Source of the DNA: a virus
Taxonomy: Duplodnaviria; Caudoviricetes
Virus record (IMG/VR): IMGVR_UViG_3300044796_000401
Length of the DNA: 64,000 bases
Reading direction: 5' to 3' (one strand)
This document shows positions 9,623 to 17,638 of this stretch, piece after piece (within the stretch, counting starts at the first letter, position 1; each line of letters begins with the position of its first letter). Made by a program: the position numbers and the translations under genes. Under the pieces are notes generated by a model. It was not told the origin of the DNA. It saw only the letters and a program-made list of their open reading frames with translations, and searched no databases.

Positions 9623-10582
9623 TTAGTTTTCCCCGACGTTGGCAGTCGAAGCGTAGCGTCCGTTGACGTGAAGCGCCTGAATGCCACTTGGGTTGAAGAC
9701 GAGGAAGCCGAGGTTTTCAAATATGCTAAATCCTATTTGACGAAGGTCCGGACGATCCGCCGACATGACTGTCAGAGGAATACGTTCGGGGATCACACCG
9801 AGGAACTCGGCGTCCGCCAGGATGTAGATCGAGCCGTAGCCGACCTTACGGGACTGGAGGAGCGTTGCGCCCCAGAGATAGCCCATGACACCTGTCTTGA
9901 GCAGCTTGCGCTGAGTTTCCCTGTCGATGTTCTGTTGGGTCCACTTCAACAGGTCCGTGTAGTCGCGGGGGTTGAAGAAGACGAATGCCACCGAGAGGTC
10001 GTGGCGCTGCACCTGCCCAAAACCGTCTGCCATCGAGTTGATGTCGATGGGGGCGTTGATGGCGATGCTCACGTTGTAAACCGGGTCGTTGGCCGACTTT
10101 GCGTTGGCGGCGGTAGCCACGGCGTCAAAGAGCCCGAAGACGTATCCGTCTTCCTGCGCGCCAACTTCGGCCTTAGCCAAGTTGAGCGAGCGGGCGACGA
10201 GATCGAACCTGCGTTCCTTGATCTGGGTGATCGGAATCATCGGGTTGGAGACGATTTCGAAGGTGGGAACAGTGACACGCTTCGGCTTGGTGACGCGGAC
10301 GATGTCCCCGCCCTCTTCGCCGACGACGAATGCTTCCACGAAGGACGAGCCCGGCGTTGAGCCGACCGTCATCGCGGAAGTGTCAAATTCCTTGTCGTAG
10401 ATGGGCAATGCGCCATCCGGCAGCGTTTCGACCATGAGCGCCTTGCGGGCGATACTCATGTAGTCGCGACGGCGACGGAGGGAAGGACCGAGAGAAGCAG
10501 CGAGCTTCTGGCGGCCGCCAGCGGTCTTGAGAAGCTGACCGAGCATTGCGGTTTGCTGTTGTGTGCGAGATAGATTAGCCAT
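9623..10582 (-). CDS. Major capsid protein (HK97-fold type)
   Basis: 319 aa downstream of protease, scaffold and decoration genes and followed by a strong terminator; strongly biased codons; N-terminus LLKTAGGRQKLAASL...RRRDY resembles large-phage capsid proteins (recall, not a search). Confidence 0.8.
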   Translation of the reverse strand: MANLSRTQQQTAMLGQLLKTAGGRQKLAASLGPSLRRRRDYMSIARKALMVETLPDGALPIYDKEFDTSAMTVGSTPGSSFVEAFVVGEEGGDIVRVTKPKRVTVPTFEIVSNPMIPITQIKERRFDLVARSLNLAKAEVGAQEDGYVFGLFDAVATAANAKSANDPVYNVSIAINAPIDINSMADGFGQVQRHDLSVAFVFFNPRDYTDLLKWTQQNIDRETQRKLLKTGVMGYLWGATLLQSRKVGYGSIYILADAEFLGVIPERIPLTVMSADRPDLRQIGFSIFENLGFLVFNPSGIQALHVNGRYASTANVGEN

Positions 10583-10602
10583 AGTAGTTTCCTAGTCTCC
10601 CT

Positions 10603-11422
10603 TTAGAGCAAGCTCGCAACGCCGAGCCAAGGCTCGCCGCTGGTTGGAACGTGGGTGCAAATGCCGACGGGAACTGCGACACCTGTGCCGCCGTCATTGC
10701 TACCCTCGGAGTCGGTGATGGAAACGTACAATCCAGCGCGCTTGGCAGTGCTGCCACCGCAATAGACGTACGATCCAACTGCGAAGTTGGTGGTGGTTCC
10801 GCCATAGGCTTGAGAGTCCACGTTGCCTTGCCACAGGGCGCGGACAACAGGGGCTTTCTTGGAACCGGATGGGCCGATGGCTCCAGCAAATTCGCCGGGA
10901 CCATTGAGTAGGGTTGCGAACGGGACATGGCCAACGGTGCTTGCAGCAGCACGGTCACAGGGGACGATGTTGCCGATAGTACCGAATGCAGGCTCATTAG
11001 CGGTCTGGATCACATAGGTGGCACCGTTGCCTGAGTACCCAGTTACGGTAGAGGTCAAGGCAACGATTGTGCCGCCAAGATAGCCAGCGGTTGTGAGGCT
11101 CTGTTGGTCGGTTCCCGGATCGCCAGAGAGCGCGATGGCAGGCGTAACGTTCACGCTGTCATTTTGCCCGTAATCATTTTGAGGGGCATTTGTTACCAGC
11201 GTTGCTGGGACAGGTCATTTCTGCCTATCTCTCACGGTTTTTATTCCCGTAATGTTCGGACTATCGCATCACCCGGTCTGGGTGCCCTCTCACTTAGTCT
11301 CTCAGGCTGCCTTTCGGCTTGCCCCTTGTTGGCGTTTCAGCGTTCAAGTCAATCAGAGAAGGTTGTTTTCCCTTGGATTCCGCCAAGGAGACCCATTACG
11401 TTTAGGTCAGTTTTAGTGACAT
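10603..11422 (-). CDS. Head decoration/cement protein, spliced: exon 1 11404..11422, exon 2 10603..11174 (196 aa, MSLKLTYYGQNDSVNVTP...)
   Basis: Immediately upstream of the capsid gene. Exon 1 has a GGAGA RBS and ATG at 11422. Splicing at the predicted sites gives 591 nt in frame (ACC T|AT TAC GGG). Confidence 0.8.
11175..11403 (-). ncRNA. Group I self-splicing intron, 229 nt, no ORF
   Basis: P1 GACCU/GGGUC with U.G at the 5' splice site; P10 CGUAAU/AUUACG; P2 CCUUGG/CCAAGG; P3 CCUUCUC/GAGAGGG; P7 GACUA/UAGUC; P8 CACCC/GGGUG; terminal omega-G at 11175. Confidence 0.88.
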
Positions 11423-11602
11423 ATTGGTTGGTTTCTCCAGTTAAAGTTGAAACTTGAACGTTTAATTTGCCCCTCCAATCCGGCCTCTTTTGGGAGAGGG
11501 TAGGACTATAGAAGAACACGTTCAATGAAGGATTGAGAAAAATCATTTTTCTCAAAACTAACGATTTTGTCGTTTTGGCACTTTTTGGGGTATTATATAG
11601 AT

Positions 11603-12514
11603 ATGCAAATAGATAGCCACCTCAAAGGGGTCTTGCAGGCCAAAGTCCCAGACACGGATTTCACAAGATATTTTGGTTTTCTCGAATCTTGCTCGTGCGA
11701 TGAGCATGGCGAACGTCATCACATATTGCCGAAGACGGAATTTCCGGAGTATAAAACCCATCCGAGCAACATTGTCCGGATTTCTGTTGCCAGCCATCTC
11801 TATGCCCACTATTGGCTGGCCGTCTGCGCCCCCGATTGCAGAGCATTCCAAAGGGCCTTTTTTCTGATGGCGAGAGTGGATCACACGGATATTAATGCAA
11901 GTTCCTTGCCCGAATATGCTGCGGTTCTGAAGCGGGGGAGGCTGGCCCAGAAACAGCCATGGACGCGGCAGCGCCGAAGACGGCAATCCGGCATCGCAAC
12001 GAAAGTAAATGCGGTCGAGAACTCAAAACTCCGGGATCGAAAATGCCTGTACTGCGGACAAGAATTCAAGCGGGTTACCAAGGGGGAATTCGGCGGCCAT
12101 CGCCGCTTCTGCCTGCATTACAAAGACAAGGAAGTTTCTGTCCGTCCGTTTGTTGTCTTGACGAGTATGAAGGTCAAGCGATGCGGCAAGTGCGGCAAGG
12201 AAAAGTTGTTGGACGCTTTCAATGTAGAACGCAAAGCACGGCTTGGCCGGGCGAATTATTGCCGAGACTGCGCCCACGAGCACCGCAAGACCCCCAGTGC
12301 ATCACAACTGCATGATTTCGTGTGCCCGGATTGCGGTCGAGACTTCAAGCAGGTAAAGCCGGGCGTTTATGGCGGACATCGGCGAAGCTGTTTGAATTAC
12401 GGCGCTAGGCGGCAAGAATTTGAGTCTTGGAGTGGTTCTGCCCAAGAATTCGCAAACACGCATAGCCTGCCGTTGCAGACTGTACGGCGCTGGGAAAACA
12501 GCCCCCTCAACTAG
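11603..12514 (+). CDS. HNH-like homing endonuclease with C-terminal zinc-finger modules (likely start ATG 11603)
   Basis: HHILPKTEFPEY...HLYAHYWL core shared with 8266 and 34488; CLYCG, CGKCG, CPDCG fingers; TATTAT box just upstream. Confidence 0.7.
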   Translation: MQIDSHLKGVLQAKVPDTDFTRYFGFLESCSCDEHGERHHILPKTEFPEYKTHPSNIVRISVASHLYAHYWLAVCAPDCRAFQRAFFLMARVDHTDINASSLPEYAAVLKRGRLAQKQPWTRQRRRRQSGIATKVNAVENSKLRDRKCLYCGQEFKRVTKGEFGGHRRFCLHYKDKEVSVRPFVVLTSMKVKRCGKCGKEKLLDAFNVERKARLGRANYCRDCAHEHRKTPSASQLHDFVCPDCGRDFKQVKPGVYGGHRRSCLNYGARRQEFESWSGSAQEFANTHSLPLQTVRRWENSPLN

Positions 12515-13032
12515 CAGCCCGACTTTGGCGTGCCCGGATTGTTCTCGGACGGCCGGAACCCCTTGTAGTCGGGGCCGTCCCGGATGACGTTCAACCAGTC
12601 CTTGAACAGGGGGAAATGCAGGAAGTAGTTGCCGAGGAACTCGATCCAATATCCTTGCACCGGCTCGTACCCGGCGTTCAACAGCGTGATCTTGCCCTTG
12701 GCGACCGGGGGCGGCGGGATGGGGTTGACCCCCATCATCAGCATGCGGGCCGCGGAAAATGCCGTTGGCGGCGGCGGTATCTGGGACAACTGCGCCCACT
12801 CCTCCGAACGGTTAGCATAGGTCATCAGGAAATTCTTGAAGCAGGTCGGCTCGTCGAGGTTGCTGGTCCAGCCGACCACGAAAAGGTCGTTGCCGAACAG
12901 CACGGTTGTCTGCACCTTGGCGAGGATTCCGGTCACGGCCAGGATCGCCCGGTGCCCGTCCAGTATGTTCAGATACGGGCCGGTAACGATTCTCGTCGGA
13001 CCCATTTTCAGGGAAAGAATGATGCCTGGCAT
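12511..13032 (-). CDS. Hypothetical protein of the head module
   Basis: ATG with GAGG RBS, GC3-rich codons like the structural genes. Confidence 0.7.
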   Translation of the reverse strand: MPGIILSLKMGPTRIVTGPYLNILDGHRAILAVTGILAKVQTTVLFGNDLFVVGWTSNLDEPTCFKNFLMTYANRSEEWAQLSQIPPPPTAFSAARMLMMGVNPIPPPPVAKGKITLLNAGYEPVQGYWIEFLGNYFLHFPLFKDWLNVIRDGPDYKGFRPSENNPGTPKSGC

Positions 13033-13060
13033 GGTTCCTCACTTAGGGAACGAATAGGCA

Positions 13061-13094
13061 AATAAAAAGCCCCGATCTTTCAACCGGGGCTTCT
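13061..13094 (-). terminator. Probable terminator after the scaffold gene
   Basis: Minus strand AAGCCCCGGTTGAAAGATCGGGCTTTTTATTT: imperfect GC stem plus T tract. Confidence 0.5.
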
Positions 13095-13120
13095 CAGTAG
13101 TGTTAGGTTTAGGTTTAGAG

Positions 13121-15295
13121 TTAAAACTCGTCGTTGCCGAGCAATGCGGATGCGATGTCGATCGGCTTCTTCTCGGAGGCAACCACGGGCTTCAGCTTCT
13201 TGATCACCGGAGTTTCCTTCTTGGCGGCTGCCTTGGGCTCTTGCAGTTCGTTGGTCTCGTCCTGCTTCACGCGCTTGAACCCGCCCTCTTCGGCTTGCTG
13301 GTTCTCGATCGCTTCGGCGAACAGATCGCCTTCGTGATCCTGCTCGTTGTCGCGGCTCTCGCCGGTAGCGGTGTCGGATTCGAACTTCTTGGCCGCCTCG
13401 CCTGTGAACGACGGGATGACTTCCATCCCCGCGACTTCGGCTGCGGTGCGGATTTCGCCAGCGATCAGGCGGGCAAGGGGATCGGAGTCCGAGCCCTTGA
13501 GGGAGAAGAAGTCTTCCATCGACGCGATCTGGGTGTCGTCAAGGGAGGCTTCAAGGCTCTCGGCCGCGGACGGCGCGAAGAACTCCTCGCCGTTCCCGGC
13601 GGTGTGCTCGTCGCCCTCATTCGCCAGCGAGGAGACCTTGTCTTCCATCTCGTCTTCGTTGAAAATCTGCGAATAGTCAAGCTCTTCGCCCTCGACGTTC
13701 TCTTCGAGAATTTCCTTCTCAAGGGCGCTGATGGCTTCCTGGGCTTCTTCGATCTTTTCCTCGACGACCATCTTCTTCTCGTCGCTGAGGACTTCCGCGG
13801 CATTGTCTTCCACCGGGGCTTCCTCCGCTGGAGGTAGCTCGGCCGGAGGCTCGATTGCGCCTTCGTCTGTCGGGGGAACGTCCCCGATCGGGGCTTCCGC
13901 GCCTTCCGCCGGAGGAGCGTCCGTGATGCCTACCGCGGGATCGTCCGCGGTCTTGGCTGCGCCGCACTTGGCGCACTTCTCGCCGTCCGCCAGCTTTGCG
14001 CATTCCGCGCACTTCTCGGCGTCCGCCTTCTTTTCCTTTTTCTTCTCGTCCTTCTTCTCGTCCTTCTTCACGCCAGCGTCCTTGGCGGCTGGAGCGGCGG
14101 CGGCCTTCGAAGCTTCCTTGCCCTTGCCTTCGCCCTCGGATTTGTTGATCGTGTTCGCCGGGCGGTTCGCCGCTTCCGTCTGCGACTTGCCGGAGCCAGC
14201 GTCCATTTCCTTCGGCTCGGAGTGGGTGCCGCCGCCGCATCCGCGCCCGTCATTGTAAGTTTCGACTTGGGGACCGGCATCCTTGCGGTCGTCCGCGACC
14301 TTGGCGGCAGCCTTCGCTTCGCCGTTGAGTTCGGATTTGATCGATGCCTTTTCCGACTTCAGAATGGAGGGGTCTTCGAGGAGATCGTTCATTTCGACCT
14401 TGTGGACTTGCTTGAAGGTCTCGGCGACCTTCGAATAGTGCGCATTCTTCGCCGTCTGGCGGAGCATGGCATTCAGAACCGGGGTCGGGTTCTGGAGCAG
14501 ATTCGCGGCGGCACTCTTCTGTACCTCCGCTGGCGCTGAAGGCAGCATCGTCTTGGCGATGGTCCAAGCGGCAGCGACGCGCTGTTGCGCTTCTTTCTTG
14601 ATCGCTTCGCGCTTCGACTTTACTTCCGCAAGCTTTTCCTTCAAAGACGGCTTGCTGGGGGTCTGGGTTGCCATGGTAGAACCTTCCTTTTTGAGGCTTG
14701 AAGGGCCGGAATTGCCCTTCCTATTAGGGGATTGAAAACTGTTTTTCTCGCTTACTGGGGATTTTGCGCTTGCCATCGGGGTTGCAACGGGGGCTGCGGG
14801 CTCTTCGACAGGTGCCGGGACAGGTTCTCCGATGGGGGCCGCATCAAGCACGGGCTCCTCAATGGGGGCTGCCTCAGGAGCCACGGGGGCTTCTGGAATC
14901 GGTGCGGCTTCGGGGGCGAGGGGCGCTGCGGGTTCCGGAGCCATGCCCAGAGCTTCCGGGCCTCCCAAAAGGTCACCAACCGGGGCTTGCTCGCCTCCAG
15001 CTATGTCGGTAATTTCGATGTCGATCTCGCCGAGCATGGTTTTGATCTCTTCGGACCACGGCCCGTCTCTGAACTTCTCCCATTCGGAGATAAGTTGAAC
15101 ACCTTCCTGCATTTTGGTGATCTCTTGCTCAAGTTCCTCGCGTTTTTCGCTTAGGATGTCGAACTCCGGGCTGGTAGGAGCGTCAATTGGCGCATCGAGG
15201 GCCATCTCCGGCATGCCGGATAGCTCGTCGTCGATCACATCAAGGTCCGCTCTCTTCTTCTTCAAAACGGCTAATGCGTGCTTTAAGTTGGGCAT
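13121..15295 (-). CDS. Acidic scaffold-like head assembly protein
   Basis: 724 aa, very E/A/P-rich, low complexity, coiled-coil-like segments; lies between protease and capsid genes. Confidence 0.65.
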   Translation of the reverse strand: MPNLKHALAVLKKKRADLDVIDDELSGMPEMALDAPIDAPTSPEFDILSEKREELEQEITKMQEGVQLISEWEKFRDGPWSEEIKTMLGEIDIEITDIAGGEQAPVGDLLGGPEALGMAPEPAAPLAPEAAPIPEAPVAPEAAPIEEPVLDAAPIGEPVPAPVEEPAAPVATPMASAKSPVSEKNSFQSPNRKGNSGPSSLKKEGSTMATQTPSKPSLKEKLAEVKSKREAIKKEAQQRVAAAWTIAKTMLPSAPAEVQKSAAANLLQNPTPVLNAMLRQTAKNAHYSKVAETFKQVHKVEMNDLLEDPSILKSEKASIKSELNGEAKAAAKVADDRKDAGPQVETYNDGRGCGGGTHSEPKEMDAGSGKSQTEAANRPANTINKSEGEGKGKEASKAAAAPAAKDAGVKKDEKKDEKKKEKKADAEKCAECAKLADGEKCAKCGAAKTADDPAVGITDAPPAEGAEAPIGDVPPTDEGAIEPPAELPPAEEAPVEDNAAEVLSDEKKMVVEEKIEEAQEAISALEKEILEENVEGEELDYSQIFNEDEMEDKVSSLANEGDEHTAGNGEEFFAPSAAESLEASLDDTQIASMEDFFSLKGSDSDPLARLIAGEIRTAAEVAGMEVIPSFTGEAAKKFESDTATGESRDNEQDHEGDLFAEAIENQQAEEGGFKRVKQDETNELQEPKAAAKKETPVIKKLKPVVASEKKPIDIASALLGNDEF

Positions 15296-15302
15296 AACCC
15301 CT

Positions 15303-15860
15303 CTATATAGTAGGAACCGTATTCTTAATTTCAGCCTGATAGTAGTAAATTTCCGCTACTAGCTCTAAAAACCCATCGTGTGGCATTGTGCCTTTTGCTT
15401 TGTTGCATCTAAAGCAGGACGACACTACGTTGCCCGGCACATACCCCTCGTTGTTATTCTTGCGGTCGAGTCCGTTGTAAGTAAAAGCATGCTTAAGCCG
15501 CTGTTTTCTACTGGCCGGAGGTTTTCCGCAATAGTGACAAACCGCTATAATTAGTTTGTCAAAGTCGTTTCGCGAAAGACCCCAGCACAACCCTCTCTTT
15601 TCCGCGCTGTACTTATAACCGTAAAAAATGCCGTTTTTCAGATGCTCGCTGATCTGTTCTGCCCTCAGGCAGCCGCAACTTTTAACTCTCCCCTGCACCA
15701 AGTTCGTACTTCGAACTACAGACTCATTTCCACAGTCGCAACGAACCCGCCACAGTATGGCATTGCTGCTTCCGCTATGCTTTTCTGACCCCTCTTTTGA
15801 GATCACCGTCAGCTTACCAAACTTTTTACCCAACAATCGGTGCATAACAACTACCCCCAT
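15303..15860 (-). CDS. HNH-family homing endonuclease with N-terminal CxCG module
   Basis: FGKLTV...WRVRCDCGN...SCGC; CHYCG...NGLDRKNNNEGYVPGNVVSSCFRCN. Confidence 0.8.
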   Translation of the reverse strand: MGVVVMHRLLGKKFGKLTVISKEGSEKHSGSSNAILWRVRCDCGNESVVRSTNLVQGRVKSCGCLRAEQISEHLKNGIFYGYKYSAEKRGLCWGLSRNDFDKLIIAVCHYCGKPPASRKQRLKHAFTYNGLDRKNNNEGYVPGNVVSSCFRCNKAKGTMPHDGFLELVAEIYYYQAEIKNTVPTI

Positions 15861-15891
15861 TAATAAATACTGTATTGGTAGTTGTTTTTAA

Positions 15892-16800
15892 TTAACGTCT
15901 GAGTTCTCCATAAAGATCAGCGCCCAACAAAATATTAGCGTACTCGGATGCCATATTTTCCGAGGCTGTCATTGCAAATGCGCTCCTGGCAGCGCTTTGT
16001 TTCTGGGTGTAGGGGGTCTTCGGCCCGACCCACTCCTCCGACACGATGCTGCGCTTGGCGGCACCGGGGAAGGCGGGGGTGGCAACCCAGGACGCCTCCA
16101 CGAACTTCACGCCGCCGTTGGGCATGGTCTTGTGGCCGCAAAGCTCGGCGATCCTGCGGGGGATGCCGTCGTCGTCGGCGAGGAACGTGCCCTTCTGGAA
16201 CTGGAGGTGGTTGCAGTAGGTGCTGGCGTCGGTAACGTGCGCCCCGCAATAGGAGCAGATCACGAGGTCCGTTACGCAGCCCATGCTCAGGTAGCGGACC
16301 TTGCTCTCGCGGATGTCGCTGACGAGCTTCTCGTGCGTGAGATCGGTGGCGACGAGGATGTCGCAGAAATAGACCCAATCATCCGGATCAGGGCCTAAAC
16401 TTATCTTCCTCAAGACTGTATCCAGGATATGCCCTTTTGCGAATTTTGAATTTTGGAAGTGCTCAACGAAATTGAAAGCGCCGACGAAGCTGCGGTGAGA
16501 AAGTTTCAAAACGGCCGAGGTCCACGCGTCATCATTATTATTGACCAAGTGTGCGGACGACGGGCGGATAAGAAAATCGAACGGATCAGCCTCTACGGCG
16601 ACCGAACTCATAATCGTGCAGTGGCTCAAAAGATACTTGCTAGAATCCGCCTGCTTTTTCATGGAGGCGGTCTTGCAAAACGGATGATCTTTGTCAATGT
16701 GGCATCCGCGGAATGCACGATTGCCGTACATCTTTTCCCAGTCCCCGGTGTTCAATCGAGGCTCCACAAGCGAGGCGGTAGCGATTTTCTTAAACGGCAT
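15892..16800 (-). CDS. Prohead (capsid maturation) protease, assemblin/HK97-like fold
   Basis: FVEH, YLSMGC and FVEASWVATPAFPGA motifs; position upstream of scaffold and capsid genes. Confidence 0.75.
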   Translation of the reverse strand: MPFKKIATASLVEPRLNTGDWEKMYGNRAFRGCHIDKDHPFCKTASMKKQADSSKYLLSHCTIMSSVAVEADPFDFLIRPSSAHLVNNNDDAWTSAVLKLSHRSFVGAFNFVEHFQNSKFAKGHILDTVLRKISLGPDPDDWVYFCDILVATDLTHEKLVSDIRESKVRYLSMGCVTDLVICSYCGAHVTDASTYCNHLQFQKGTFLADDDGIPRRIAELCGHKTMPNGGVKFVEASWVATPAFPGAAKRSIVSEEWVGPKTPYTQKQSAARSAFAMTASENMASEYANILLGADLYGELRR

Positions 16801-17599
16801 GGGCTTCCCTACTTAAAGAAGCGGTATTTGGCTTTTCTAGCTGAAATTTACCCGCCTTTCTAAGAAAGGCAATAAACTTATCATAGGGCATGGTTCCCTT
16901 CATTCGGTTGCAACTCCAACAAGCCGAGACACAATTTTCAAACACGTAGCCTTTCGTGTTGTTCTTACGATCAATGCCATTACATCTGCATGCGCCGTTG
17001 AATCTCGAAGAGTGCTTCCTGTCCGACGGAGGTTCGCCACAGTAGTGACAATCACCTTGAGTAAGTACATCAAACTGTTCGTTCACCAATTCCCAAGAAT
17101 GCCCGCGACGCTTAGCTGCCGCCTTGTAGATTTGCAGCAGATGGTTTCTCATTCCGATACCGGGCTCTAACATCCGACTCTCTTTACGCCAGCATCCGCA
17201 GCTTTTAGTCCTACCTGTAACCAACGCGTTCGTTCGGACGGTTACTTCTTTTCCGCATGCGCATTTGCACAGCCAGAGCTTCGCTGCCTGTTGACTTGAA
17301 TCAAAATTGTGAAAACGAATGACAGTTAAACGATTGAACGTTTGGCCCACTAGCTGCTCTTCCGTACGCTTGTTGATGGATTCTCTAAGCGCAACCATGC
17401 ATTCTCTGGCTACTTCTTTCATTAAACAGCCGCAGCTTTTAGTTCCCCCTCTTCGCAAATTGTTTCCAAGACAAATGACTTCCTGTCCGCAGTCACACTT
17501 ACAGACCCACCGTGCTTGCCCGTTTTTGTCTTTTTTCGGGTGTTCGCCAACCACTACAAGCCGACTAAACCGCTGTCCTAATAGATCAATTTTTCTCAT
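16790..17599 (-). CDS. HNH-family homing endonuclease with duplicated CxCG module
   Basis: Two RLxV...W.CKCxCG...TKSCGC repeats followed by CHYCG...NGIDRKNN..GY..ENCVSACWSCN. Confidence 0.8.
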   Translation of the reverse strand: MRKIDLLGQRFSRLVVVGEHPKKDKNGQARWVCKCDCGQEVICLGNNLRRGGTKSCGCLMKEVARECMVALRESINKRTEEQLVGQTFNRLTVIRFHNFDSSQQAAKLWLCKCACGKEVTVRTNALVTGRTKSCGCWRKESRMLEPGIGMRNHLLQIYKAAAKRRGHSWELVNEQFDVLTQGDCHYCGEPPSDRKHSSRFNGACRCNGIDRKNNTKGYVFENCVSACWSCNRMKGTMPYDKFIAFLRKAGKFQLEKPNTASLSREAHAV

Positions 17600-17638
17600 A
17601 CTACTTAATCCTGCCGTAGTTAGAAAACTTGATTAAGC

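Noticed and set aside
11155-11192. Frameshift explanation for the decoration gene start (ATG CCC CTC AAA ATG ATT)
   Set aside because: The group I intron model explains the N-terminus with P1, P10, omega-G and an RBS-bearing exon; no slippery site is present.
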